Below are positions 8,762 to 18,042 of a DNA stretch of 64,000 bases, piece by piece. The notes under the pieces were generated by a model. That model searched no databases, was not told where the DNA came from, and saw nothing but the letters and a program-made list of their open reading frames with translations. Source of the stretch: an uncultured Bacilli bacterium (GTDB lineage: Bacteria > Bacillota_I > Bacilli_A > RF39 > UBA660). A program made the translations under genes and the position numbers. The stretch spans positions 37,141 through 101,140 of the forward strand of contig CAKOWQ010000003.1 of assembly GCA_934122395.1 (NCBI GenBank), read 5' to 3'. Position 1 is the stretch's first letter; the number at the start of each line of letters is the position of its first letter.

Positions 8762-9637
8762 ATGTTAATAATAGGTTCTCATGTTCAATTTAATAGTAAG
8801 GATCAATTACTAGGTAGTTTGAATGACGCTTTAAGTTATGGAGCTAATACATTTATGTTTTACACAGGGGCTCCTCAGAATACAACTCGTTCTGAAATAA
8901 ATGATGAAATTACTTTAAAAGCTTTGGAAGTTATGAAAGAAAATAGCATTGATTATTCTAAAGTTGTTGTTCACGCTCCTTATATTATTAATCTTGCTAA
9001 TAATAAAGAAGATGAAAAATATGATTTTTCAATAAACTTTTTGAAACAAGAAGTAAAAAGATGTGAAAAATTAGGTATAAGTTATATGGTTCTACATCCT
9101 GGTAGTCATGTAGGTTTAGGAGTAGATGTTGGTATAGATAATATTAGTAATGCTTTAAATATTATATTAGAAAATACTAATGTAACTATTTTACTTGAAA
9201 CTATGGCGGGTAAGGGTACAGAAATTGGAAGAAGCTTTGAAGAGTTAAAAAGAATTATAGATAAAGTAAATAACAAGAAAAATATAGGAGTTTGTCTTGA
9301 TACTTGTCATTTAAGTGATGCTGGATACGATATTAGTAAATTTGATGATTTGTTAGGTGAATTCGATAAAACTATAGGATTAGATTATGTTAAATGTATT
9401 CATGTTAATGATAGTAAAAATCCTTTAGGTTCTCATAAAGATAGACATGAAAATATCGGATTTGGTTATTTAGGTTTTGATAATTTAATTAATATTATTT
9501 ATAATCCAAGACTAGATGATATACCTAAAATATTAGAAACTCCGTGGGTAGAAGGATTTCCTCCTTATAAGTATGAAATTGCTATGATAAAAGATAAAAA
9601 ATTTGACAAAGACTTAAAAAGTAAGATTATTAGTTAA
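8762..9637 (+). CDS. nfo: Deoxyribonuclease IV (endonuclease IV)
   Basis: TIM-barrel AP endonuclease family 2 pattern: IGSHV..., VVHAPYIINLA, MVLHPGSH, LETMAGKGTE, CLDTCH, HVNDSK. Length 291 aa. Confidence 0.88.
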   Translation: MLIIGSHVQFNSKDQLLGSLNDALSYGANTFMFYTGAPQNTTRSEINDEITLKALEVMKENSIDYSKVVVHAPYIINLANNKEDEKYDFSINFLKQEVKRCEKLGISYMVLHPGSHVGLGVDVGIDNISNALNIILENTNVTILLETMAGKGTEIGRSFEELKRIIDKVNNKKNIGVCLDTCHLSDAGYDISKFDDLLGEFDKTIGLDYVKCIHVNDSKNPLGSHKDRHENIGFGYLGFDNLINIIYNPRLDDIPKILETPWVEGFPPYKYEIAMIKDKKFDKDLKSKIIS

Positions 9638-9884
9638 TCTTACTTTTTGCATTTTTATAAAAATCATATAATTTTTCATAAGTATTTGGTCTTAATTTTT
9701 CTTTTAACTCATTTAATAAATCTTTAGGTTCGCCTATATAAAATTCACGCCAGTAGTTTTTAGCGTATAAATATAAAATTTTTGCTTCATCATCATTAAT
9801 ATCTATATTATATCCTTTAGCATATTTTTTTATGTCTTCTTCCGTAAGTTTGTTTACATATTCCTTGATTAAAAATTCGTACAT
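9630..9884 (-). CDS. Small conserved Firmicute protein (DUF2624-like)
   Basis: The internal Met (MYEFLIKEYVNKLTEEDIKKYAKGYNI...) is preceded by GGAGGAAG on the minus strand. The upstream 26 codons in the ORF track are an implausible Tyr/His-rich extension. The family assignment is from memory of DUF2624-type sequences. Confidence 0.5.
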   Translation of the reverse strand: MYEFLIKEYVNKLTEEDIKKYAKGYNIDINDDEAKILYLYAKNYWREFYIGEPKDLLNELKEKLRPNTYEKLYDFYKNAKSKIN

Positions 9885-9952
9885 AATCTTCCTCCTATAA
9901 AAATATATGCTATAAGATTTTAAATATGATCCACAATAATAATGGTGATAAA

Positions 9953-11977
9953 ATGAAAGCAAAGAAAAAAGCTAAAAAAGAGGATAAACGTTTTAACATA
10001 ATTGGTGTAATAACTACAATACTATTTACTACATTGTGCTTTTTTTTAGTTAAAGTTATCGTATTTGAAAATGATATTCATATGGCATCTTTAAAAAAGT
10101 TAACTTCATCAATTATTTATGGCGCTTCTTCGCCTAGAGGAAGAATATATGATAGAAATTATAATTTATTAGTTGATAATAAATCAGTTCCTGTTATTTA
10201 CTATAAAAAGCCAAACAAAATAACATCTAAGGAAGAAATAGAAAATGCTTATAATATTTTGAATTTTATAGATATAGACTCTTCAAAATTAACTTTAACA
10301 AATTTTAAAGAATTTTGGATAGCTGATAACCCTAGTTTAGCAAAAGCAAAAATTACTAATGATGAATGGATAAAGTTTAAAAATAGAAAGCTTAATTCTA
10401 AGGATATATATAATTTGCAACTATCTAGAATATTAGATGATGATTTATCTATTTACAATGATGTTGACAAAAAAGCAGCATATATCTTTTATTTAATGAA
10501 TAAAGGTTATTCTTATGAAGAGAAGATAATAAAAAAGGAAGATATAAGTGATTTAGAATATGCATATATTGCCGAAAATTGTGATAAGTTAAATGGCTTT
10601 AATGTTAAATATACGTGGGAGAGAGTTTATTTGTATGGAGATACTTTTAGAAGTATTCTAGGAAATATATCAAGCATAACTAAGGAAGATAGAGATTATT
10701 ATATAAAAAAAGGTTACTCATTAGATGATGTAGTTGGTGTTAGTTATTTAGAAAAACAATATGAAGAAGTATTAAGAGGGAAGAAAGCTACATATAAAGT
10801 TCATGATAGTAATAAACTTTCTTTAATTGAAGAAGGGAAAAGAGGCAATGATATTGTTTTAACTATAGATATAAATCTTCAAAAAGAAATTGAAGAAATT
10901 TTAAAAGAAGAGATACTAAGAGCTAAGAGTGAAGTAAATACTGAATATTACAATCATAGTTTTGTTGTAATTCAAAAACCAAATTCAGGGGAAATATTAG
11001 CAATGAGTGGTAAACAGGCTGTTTATAAAAATGGTAATTATGAAATATATGATTATACACCTGAAATGTTAACTAGTCCTATGACTGTAGGCAGTATTGT
11101 TAAAGGTGCTTCTATGTATGTTGGGTATATAAATAATGCTATTAGTATTGGTGAATATCAAATGGATGAATGCATTAAGCTTTATTCAGTTCCAAAAAAA
11201 TGTTCTTGGTCTAGACTCGGTTATATTAATGATATTACTGCTTTAGCTCAATCATCTAATGTTTATCAGTTTAAGATAGCTATGAAGATCGCAGGGTTTG
11301 ATTATCATTATAATAAAAAGTTCGTTATAAATAATGATGTTTTTGATAAGTATAGAAACACCTTTAATGAATTTGGACTTGGTGTTAAAACAGGAATTGA
11401 TTTACCTATAGAAAGTGTAGGAAATATAGGCAATAGTAAAAATGCTGATTTGTTATTAAATTATGCCATTGGTCAATATGATACTTATACTACTATGCAA
11501 TTATCACAATATATGAATACAATTGCGTCAGATGGTAAGAGATATCGTCCACATTTGTTAAAAGAAGTCTATAATTCATCTGATGATAATGAATTGGGTA
11601 CTTTGGATTATAAGGTGGAAGGAGAGGTGTTAAATACTTTAACTGATGTTTCATACCTAAAAAGAATTCAAGAAGGATTAAAAGCAGTTGTTAGTTATGG
11701 TACTGGGATTAATATTATGGGATATATAGATAATCCAGCTGGCAAAACTGGTACAAGCGAATCATTTTTAGATACTAATAACGATGGAAAAGTAGATACA
11801 GCAACTTTATCTAAAACTTTTGCTGGATATGCACCTTATGATAATCCTGTTATGACCTTAACTGTTACTTCTCCTGATTTAATTAATCCTAATACTAATG
11901 TTGATTATAACAGTTATGCTAATAATAGAATTTCTAGAAGAATAGCAACTAGATTTTTTGAAAGTTACAACAATTAA
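9953..11977 (+). CDS. Class B penicillin-binding protein (PBP2/SpoVD-type transpeptidase)
   Basis: N-terminal TM anchor. Transpeptidase motifs SIVK (SxxK), SSN and KTGT are in the correct order. The ATG at 9953 is preceded by ggtga. Confidence 0.85.
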   Translation: MKAKKKAKKEDKRFNIIGVITTILFTTLCFFLVKVIVFENDIHMASLKKLTSSIIYGASSPRGRIYDRNYNLLVDNKSVPVIYYKKPNKITSKEEIENAYNILNFIDIDSSKLTLTNFKEFWIADNPSLAKAKITNDEWIKFKNRKLNSKDIYNLQLSRILDDDLSIYNDVDKKAAYIFYLMNKGYSYEEKIIKKEDISDLEYAYIAENCDKLNGFNVKYTWERVYLYGDTFRSILGNISSITKEDRDYYIKKGYSLDDVVGVSYLEKQYEEVLRGKKATYKVHDSNKLSLIEEGKRGNDIVLTIDINLQKEIEEILKEEILRAKSEVNTEYYNHSFVVIQKPNSGEILAMSGKQAVYKNGNYEIYDYTPEMLTSPMTVGSIVKGASMYVGYINNAISIGEYQMDECIKLYSVPKKCSWSRLGYINDITALAQSSNVYQFKIAMKIAGFDYHYNKKFVINNDVFDKYRNTFNEFGLGVKTGIDLPIESVGNIGNSKNADLLLNYAIGQYDTYTTMQLSQYMNTIASDGKRYRPHLLKEVYNSSDDNELGTLDYKVEGEVLNTLTDVSYLKRIQEGLKAVVSYGTGINIMGYIDNPAGKTGTSESFLDTNNDGKVDTATLSKTFAGYAPYDNPVMTLTVTSPDLINPNTNVDYNSYANNRISRRIATRFFESYNN

Positions 11978-12921
11978 TTTACTTCAAAGGTTGTATCATC
12001 AATAAACTTATAATTAGTTTTATATTTTAATCCCCTGATAAGACGAAACATTGCATCGTCTTTTTCTTTTGCTTCGATCATTATATCAATATCTGTTTTA
12101 TATATTTTTACTTCTTCAATAAAATCAATAAAAGAATCTAAATCAATATAATCATTGTGGCTTCTTATATCTTTTTTAGTGTTATTTTTAGGCGAAGAAA
12201 AATGTATTTTAGGGTTTTTGCTTTTCCAAGTAGCAAATATTTCTTGATAATACTTTTTAATATCTATATTATCTTTACCATTGCATATGTGATGATGGTA
12301 ATCAAGAACACAAGAAGTGTTTAATTTTTTACATAAATCAAGTGTATCTAAAATATTAAAAATTTTATCATCATTTTCTATTGCTATTGCTTTCTTAAGG
12401 TAATCTGGTAATTTATTAAAATTATTAATAAATCTTGTAAGAGAGTTTTCTTTACCAAATGTGTTGCTACCTATATGAACGATAAGAGTTTTAGATGCAC
12501 CAAGTAAAGATAAAACTTTATATTGATGTTCCAACGATTTGATTGCATTAGTTAGAACATCTTTATTAGTACTATTAATGATAGTGTACTGATCTGTATG
12601 TATATCAACTCGCATCTTAGATTCTTTTATTTTTTTTCTTATATTCTTATAATGATCTTGAAATTTTTCTACATAATTAAAATTTACTTTTTCGTGAGTT
12701 GCTAATGGGATTAAATTGGCGCTTAATCTATAAAAATGAATATTGTTTTTAATGTTATAAGTAATTATCTTATCTAGATCGATTAGATTTTTTTCTATTT
12801 GATAATAAACTTTGTTAATATCACAATTATTTTTTACGTAGTTGGTATAACTTATAGAATGTGATGATGTGACATTAGTTAATGCCTTTGATATTGATAC
12901 ATATCCTAGTCTTATTTTCAT
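11974..12921 (-). CDS. uvsE: UV damage endonuclease (UVDE)
   Basis: MKIRLGYVS..., IENDDK, RSHNDYID and IDIMIEAKEKD match conserved blocks of B. subtilis UvsE/YwjD. The start is shortened to the Met preceded by an SD. Confidence 0.85.
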   Translation of the reverse strand: MKIRLGYVSISKALTNVTSSHSISYTNYVKNNCDINKVYYQIEKNLIDLDKIITYNIKNNIHFYRLSANLIPLATHEKVNFNYVEKFQDHYKNIRKKIKESKMRVDIHTDQYTIINSTNKDVLTNAIKSLEHQYKVLSLLGASKTLIVHIGSNTFGKENSLTRFINNFNKLPDYLKKAIAIENDDKIFNILDTLDLCKKLNTSCVLDYHHHICNGKDNIDIKKYYQEIFATWKSKNPKIHFSSPKNNTKKDIRSHNDYIDLDSFIDFIEEVKIYKTDIDIMIEAKEKDDAMFRLIRGLKYKTNYKFIDDTTFEVN

Positions 12922-13068
12922 AAAATCACCTATAATTAATATACCCATAAGAATAGTTTTTTAATTATTTGTACACATTTTTTAATTAATATATATAAAA
13001 TTACTAAAAATCTTTTGATTTTTTCAGAAAATCTGATATAATACCAATAGAAAACGAGGAGGGATAGT

Positions 13069-13233
13069 ATGGCAAAAGTAGGTAATAGACAAAGAAAAAC
13101 TCTAGTTTGCACTGTTTGTAATGAAGAAAACTATCGTACTGAAAAAAATGTAAAAAATACGACAGATCGTTTAGAAATTAATAAATATTGTGCAAGATGT
13201 CAAAAACATACAACTCATAAAGAGAAAAAGTAA
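13069..13233 (+). CDS. rpmG: 50S ribosomal protein L33 (too short for the supplied ORF track)
   Basis: Manual translation: [54 protein letters not shown]. It has the CxxC...CxxC zinc ribbon typical of L33. SD gaggaggg is 6 nt upstream. An extended -10 promoter (TGaTATAAT at 13034-13042) with TTGATT at 13015 lies upstream. Confidence 0.9.
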   Translation: MAKVGNRQRKTLVCTVCNEENYRTEKNVKNTTDRLEINKYCARCQKHTTHKEKK

Positions 13234-13259
13234 AAGACAACTAGAAAGGAGAAAATTCT

Positions 13260-13817
13260 ATGATTAACGTTAATGACTTTAAAACTGGTATTACTATTAA
13301 ATTAGATAATAATCTTTATCAAGTAATTGAATTTCAACACGTAAAACCAGGAAAAGGTGCTGCTTTTGTTAGAACTAAATTAAAAAATTTAAGAACAGGA
13401 GCTACTATTGAACATACTTTTAATTCAGCTATTAAAGTTGAAACAGCTAGAATTGAAAGACAAGATATGCAATTCTTATATGCTATGGGTGATGTATATT
13501 ATTTTATGAATATGGAAGACTATAGCCAAATAGAATTAAATAAAAGTTCACTTGGTGACGATGCTAAGTTCTTAAAAGAAAATATTAATGTTACTATCGT
13601 ATCTTATGAAGGAGAGATTTTAGGTATAAATTTACCTGATAAGATCGAAATGAAAGTTATTAAAACAGAACCAGCAGTAAAAGGTAATACTACTAGTAGT
13701 GTTATGAAAGATGCTACATTAGAAACTGGTATGGAAATTAAAGTTCCAATTTTTATAGATGAGGGAGAAACAATTGTTGTTTCAACTAAAGATTCATCTT
13801 ATGTATCAAGAGCATAA
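13260..13817 (+). CDS. efp: Elongation factor P
   Basis: FKTGITIKLDNNLYQVIEFQHVKPGKGAAFVRTKLKNLRTG is the canonical EF-P N-terminus. Length 185 aa. Confidence 0.95.
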   Translation: MINVNDFKTGITIKLDNNLYQVIEFQHVKPGKGAAFVRTKLKNLRTGATIEHTFNSAIKVETARIERQDMQFLYAMGDVYYFMNMEDYSQIELNKSSLGDDAKFLKENINVTIVSYEGEILGINLPDKIEMKVIKTEPAVKGNTTSSVMKDATLETGMEIKVPIFIDEGETIVVSTKDSSYVSRA

Positions 13818-13871
13818 ATATATGTTCTTTTTTTTTTATAATTTGCATAGTTTTTATTAGGAGGACTTTAT

Positions 13872-14387
13872 ATGATAAATAAACAAAGTTTGTGGTTTTT
13901 AACATTATTTAGTTTAATTTTAGTACTTAGTGTTTATTATATTACAATGCCTAATGAATTGTTATTAACTAATAATAGTAATTATAATAAAGATACTAAA
14001 AAAGAAGAAACTGAGAAAGCTGGAGCGGTGATAGAAGAAAGCGAACTCTTAGTAGCAATGAGGGTTAATCTAGAAGAAGAAAGAGCAGCAAAAAAATCTG
14101 ATCTAGAAGGTCTTCTTACAAGTAACTCAGCAACTGCTAAGGAAAAAAACGAAGCTCTTGAACAGTTAAAATATTTAAATATTCTAACAGGACAAGAAGA
14201 GTCATTAGAAGCTAAAATAAAAACAGATTTAGATATTGAATCATTTATTGAAATAGATGGTAATCAAATAAATGTTGTTGCTATTAGTGAAAAACATGAT
14301 AATACTTTAGCTAATAAAATTATGAGAATTATCCAAGATAATTATGAAGATAAAATGCATATAACAGTTAAATTTGAAAAAAAGTAA
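13872..14387 (+). CDS. spoIIIAH: Stage III sporulation protein AH
   Basis: The N-terminus NKQSLWFLTLFSLILVLSVYYI compares with B. subtilis KKQTVWLLTMLSLVVVLSVYYI. Further matching blocks are SATAKEKNEALE, INVVAISEKHD and ITVKFE. Confidence 0.85.
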   Translation: MINKQSLWFLTLFSLILVLSVYYITMPNELLLTNNSNYNKDTKKEETEKAGAVIEESELLVAMRVNLEEERAAKKSDLEGLLTSNSATAKEKNEALEQLKYLNILTGQEESLEAKIKTDLDIESFIEIDGNQINVVAISEKHDNTLANKIMRIIQDNYEDKMHITVKFEKK

Positions 14388-14510
14388 CATTGAAAATAGT
14401 GTTATTTTTTTTACATTTATTTTACATGTTAATCTACTAAATTTTACTGCATAGTTGACATTTTTCTATTTTGTGATAGTTTATTAATATATAGGATAGT
14501 AGGTGATAGT

Positions 14511-16505
14511 ATGAAAAAAATGAACATATTAATTTTTTTAGAAATAGTAGTAGCATTTATTTGTAGTATTACGGTAGTATCTGCTGCAACGGCACAAATT
14601 ACTGGAGGTGAGCCAACTGGAAGTGGTCATTATTGGCCGGATGTTACTCAAAATGTTTATTCTGATATACTAGGATATGCTCCAAAATGGAAGACAATGC
14701 CTTTATATAGGGTAGACCCTGATGGTTCAATTCATGGTAGTGTGGTACTTATGATAAATGGTAAGCCTGTTTATTGCGTTGAGCCAGGAATATATGCAAG
14801 TTATGAGAGTATTGAATATGATACTAATTATCAATATGATGGTGAAAAGCATGCACGTATATATTCAGAAGACATGGCATGGATTTCATACTTTGGATAT
14901 TTATCGCCAGCTGATGGAGTAAATCATTCTGACATTAGTTACTATGATGCTACTCAGAATTTAGTGTGGCAAACAGTATATCCAGGATTTCGTACAATAT
15001 ACTTTACTGATGATAACGCAAAAGATAGTTCTGACACTTATAAAATAGCTGAAAAGTCACAGGAAATATCAAATTTAATTGCTAAAGCTAAAGAAAAGCC
15101 TATAATAAATCAACCAGGAACTGTTACTGTGGGACAGACTATAACGTTTACCGGTGACTATAGCCAGCTAAATGTAACTCTATCAAGTACTAAAGATGCA
15201 ACTATAGTATCTAAAGATAGTTCAGGATTAAAAATAAAATTCAATACATTAAACTCCGTAAAAATAACAGTAAGTAAAATATTTAAAGGGGCTAATGATA
15301 TAAGTAGTGTTGTATATACAAGTAGTGATTCTCAAGACGTTATATCGTTGGGATTAAAACTACCCGCAGTATCAAATAGTATTACTGTAACTCCTAGGGG
15401 AAGTAATATATCATTAAAAAAAGTATCTTCTAGAGTTAGTGGATTCTTAGGAAATACAACATTAAAAGGCGCTGTATATTCAGTAAAATATACTGGAGAT
15501 GCTAGTTATCCTGATTTTGAATTAACAACTGATGAAAACGGTAATGCAACTACTAAAGGTACTAGTCATGATGGTAAATTACCATTAGGTACATATATAA
15601 TAAAAGAAATACATCCAAGTACAGGTTATAGATTAGATACTAAAACTTATACAATAAAGATAACTGCAGATAATTCAACTACAATTCAATCTGTTACTAG
15701 TACTGAACAAATAATTGAAGGTAAGATTCAAATTGTTAAAGTAGAAGCTAATGAAAAAACAGGTATATTAACACCTGAACCTAATAAAGTGTTTAAGTTA
15801 TATCCAAAATTCGGTGATAATCAAAATACAGAAATAGCAACATTAACAACAGATAAAGATGGATATGCAACAGTATCTAATATTCCTTATGGAAAGTACG
15901 TTTTAAAACAAGTAGAACCATATGGTACTAGTGAACCAATTGGTTCAATTGATATTGAAATTAATGAAAAAAATGAGGGGACTACTTTAAAATATGTTTT
16001 AGCAAACGCTCCATATAAAGCTAAAGTACGTATTGTTAAACGTGATAAAGATACAGATAAAGTAATAGAAAGTACTGGATTTAAATTTAAGATTAAATGG
16101 TTAAAAGATGAGAATGATAAAGATGTTAATGAATATGTTACTCAAACAATAACTTTAGCAACAGGAAAAAAGAAAAAAATAGAATACTTTGAAACTGATA
16201 CAGATGGAACAGTAATAACTCCTGAAGCTTTAAAACCAGGATTATATCAAATAGAAGAAATCAGTACTGCTGATGGATATTTAAAAGGTGATAAACCATT
16301 GAAATTTAAAATATCTCCTCAATCAGTAGGTATTGAATTAGAAGATGATTATGGTGCTGTTTTAACAGTAGATTTCTATAATGAAAAAATAGTTGATGAA
16401 CCAGAGCCAAATCCTAGTACATTTGATAATATAGTTTTTGTAGCACTTGGAATAGTTATTACAGTAGGTGTTGGATTTGTAGCATATAGAAAGATAAATA
16501 ATTAA
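14511..16505 (+). CDS. Surface adhesin with an N-terminal thioester domain (TED), Cna-B/SpaA-type repeats and a C-terminal sorting-signal-like anchor
   Basis: Signal peptide present. YCVEP carries Cys89 (nt 14775-14777) and ATQNLVW carries Gln149 (nt 14955-14957), matching the thioester Cys and Gln motifs. Repeated GAVYSV...TDENG...LPLGTYIIKE and KIQIVKV...TDKDGYA...IPYGKYVLKQ blocks are Cna-B-like. The tail is NPSTFD, a hydrophobic stretch, then YRKINN. Confidence 0.75.
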   Translation: MKKMNILIFLEIVVAFICSITVVSAATAQITGGEPTGSGHYWPDVTQNVYSDILGYAPKWKTMPLYRVDPDGSIHGSVVLMINGKPVYCVEPGIYASYESIEYDTNYQYDGEKHARIYSEDMAWISYFGYLSPADGVNHSDISYYDATQNLVWQTVYPGFRTIYFTDDNAKDSSDTYKIAEKSQEISNLIAKAKEKPIINQPGTVTVGQTITFTGDYSQLNVTLSSTKDATIVSKDSSGLKIKFNTLNSVKITVSKIFKGANDISSVVYTSSDSQDVISLGLKLPAVSNSITVTPRGSNISLKKVSSRVSGFLGNTTLKGAVYSVKYTGDASYPDFELTTDENGNATTKGTSHDGKLPLGTYIIKEIHPSTGYRLDTKTYTIKITADNSTTIQSVTSTEQIIEGKIQIVKVEANEKTGILTPEPNKVFKLYPKFGDNQNTEIATLTTDKDGYATVSNIPYGKYVLKQVEPYGTSEPIGSIDIEINEKNEGTTLKYVLANAPYKAKVRIVKRDKDTDKVIESTGFKFKIKWLKDENDKDVNEYVTQTITLATGKKKKIEYFETDTDGTVITPEALKPGLYQIEEISTADGYLKGDKPLKFKISPQSVGIELEDDYGAVLTVDFYNEKIVDEPEPNPSTFDNIVFVALGIVITVGVGFVAYRKINN

Positions 16506-16525
16506 GGCGCATATGCGCTTTTTTT
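16505..16525 (+). terminator. Rho-independent terminator after the adhesin gene
   Basis: Palindrome gcgcatatgcgc followed by T7. Confidence 0.8.
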
Positions 16526-16542
16526 ATGGGTGAATCCCCTCA

Positions 16543-16568
16543 ACTAAAATAAATATTATCATAGAATA
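16543..16568 (+). promoter_or_regulatory. Candidate sigma-K-type promoter upstream of gerE
   Basis: CATAgaaTA at 16560-16568 fits the sigma-K -10 consensus CATA-N3-TA. An AC lies at 16543-16544, so the spacer is about 15 nt, slightly short. B. subtilis gerE is sigma-K dependent. Confidence 0.35.
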
Positions 16569-16599
16569 CTATGAGCAAATATATATAAGAAAGAGGGGA

Positions 16600-16815
16600 A
16601 TTGTTATCAAAGGAATATTAACACTTCGTGAGCGAGAAGTTTTCGAGTTATTGATATCTAATAAAAACACTAAAGATATTTCTCAAGAATTGGGTATAAG
16701 TGAAAAAACGGTTAGGAATCATATATCTAATGTTATGCAAAAACTAGGAGTAAAAGGTAGGGCAGGTGCTGTAGTAGAACTTTTAAAAATGAATGAATTA
16801 TCTTTAGATGAATAA
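16600..16815 (+). CDS. gerE: GerE-like LuxR-family HTH sporulation regulator (too short for the supplied ORF track; start codon non-canonical or uncertain)
   Basis: Manual translation: (I)VIKGILTLREREVFELLISNKNTKDISQELGISEKTVRNHISNVMQKLGVKGRAGAVVELLKMNELSLDE. It aligns along its length with B. subtilis GerE (LLTKREREVFELL...ISEKTVRNHISNAMQKLGVKGRSQAVVELLRMGELEL). The frame is open from 16534 with no ATG, GTG or TTG before the conserved core. Confidence 0.75.
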   Translation: MVIKGILTLREREVFELLISNKNTKDISQELGISEKTVRNHISNVMQKLGVKGRAGAVVELLKMNELSLDE

Positions 16816-16852
16816 AAATAAATAGACATCATAATATTTTATAGGTGATATA

Positions 16853-17809
16853 ATGCTAAAAAGAAAAGCTTTAAAAAAAATCATGATAACCACATTAAGT
16901 GTCTGTTTATTACTTGCTATTTATTTGATGCCTAGTAACAATGTAACTAATAATACCAAAAATAAATTAAAAGTAAAATATTCAGAGTCTTTGGAACAAA
17001 TTAATATTTATTTATTAAATAATGAAAATCTTTTGGTAAGGACTAGTACCTTCGTAGATAAAGACAAAGAATTAATAGATAAAGCAAAGAGTGTTTTAAA
17101 TAATTTAATTGATGCTAGCAACGATTTATTACCTAATGGTCTTAATGGAATTATTCCTAAAAAAACTAAAGTAATGGGGTTAACACATACTGAAGGAATA
17201 GTAAACGTTGATTTTTCTAAAGAGCTTTTAAATGTTGAATTAGATAGACAAGAGAAATTATTGGAAGCTGTAACTTTTTCTCTTTTAGACATTGATGGTG
17301 TGAATGGGGTAATTATACAAGTAGATGGATCTAATATAAATACTCTGTGGAAAAATAAAAATTTACCAATAATTTTTGATAAAAGTTATGGTATTAATAA
17401 AAAATATGACATAAGAAAAACTAAAGATATTCAAAAAGTAGTAATCTATTATATAGAGGAAATAGACAAAGAAAAGTATTATGTTCCTATAACGAAATAT
17501 ATTGATGATAATAGAGAAAAAATAAGTATTATTATTGATGAATTATCTAGTAATTATATTTATGAACCTAATTTAGTTAGTTATTTAAATCAAAATACAG
17601 AATTAATTAACTTTGAAATAGACAATGATACTATGATATTGAATTTTAATACAAGTATATTTATGAGTGATAAGGAAATATTAGAAGAAGTTATTTATAC
17701 AATAAGTTATTCTGTTTTTGATAATTATGAAGTTAAAGAAGTCATTTTTAGAGTTGATAACGAAGAAATTTTAAAAAAAACTTTAAAAAATATTGAATTT
17801 GTAAAATAA
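16853..17809 (+). CDS. gerM: Germination protein M-like (two GerMN domains), membrane or lipid anchored
   Basis: VVIYYIEEIDKEKYYVPITKYIDDNREKISIIIDELSS parallels B. subtilis GerM LTVYYLAENEDSEYYVPVTKRIDNSEKDDITAAINELAKG. It has an N-terminal hydrophobic anchor and sits next to gerE. Confidence 0.75.
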   Translation: MLKRKALKKIMITTLSVCLLLAIYLMPSNNVTNNTKNKLKVKYSESLEQINIYLLNNENLLVRTSTFVDKDKELIDKAKSVLNNLIDASNDLLPNGLNGIIPKKTKVMGLTHTEGIVNVDFSKELLNVELDRQEKLLEAVTFSLLDIDGVNGVIIQVDGSNINTLWKNKNLPIIFDKSYGINKKYDIRKTKDIQKVVIYYIEEIDKEKYYVPITKYIDDNREKISIIIDELSSNYIYEPNLVSYLNQNTELINFEIDNDTMILNFNTSIFMSDKEILEEVIYTISYSVFDNYEVKEVIFRVDNEEILKKTLKNIEFVK

Positions 17810-17844
17810 GTGGTGTATAATCAAATTACTGTTTGGTTATACCT

Positions 17845-17921
<77 letters not shown>

Positions 17922-18042
17922 TTATGAAATGAACTTGGATTAATTTCTAAGTTTTTTTGTTATATTTTTTAAATTTAGGAAATAGTATGTATTAAGTTAT
18001 TTGGTTGTGTTATAACTGTGCTAATGTGTGGTGGGTGAATTT

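Noticed and set aside
9630-9637. Convergent gene-end overlaps: nfo with the DUF2624-like gene (8 nt) and the PBP with uvsE at 11974-11977 (4 nt). Neither has an intervening terminator.
   Set aside because: Small tail-to-tail overlaps are common in compact AT-rich genomes, where TAA/TTA stops read on both strands. Nothing suggests a functional element.
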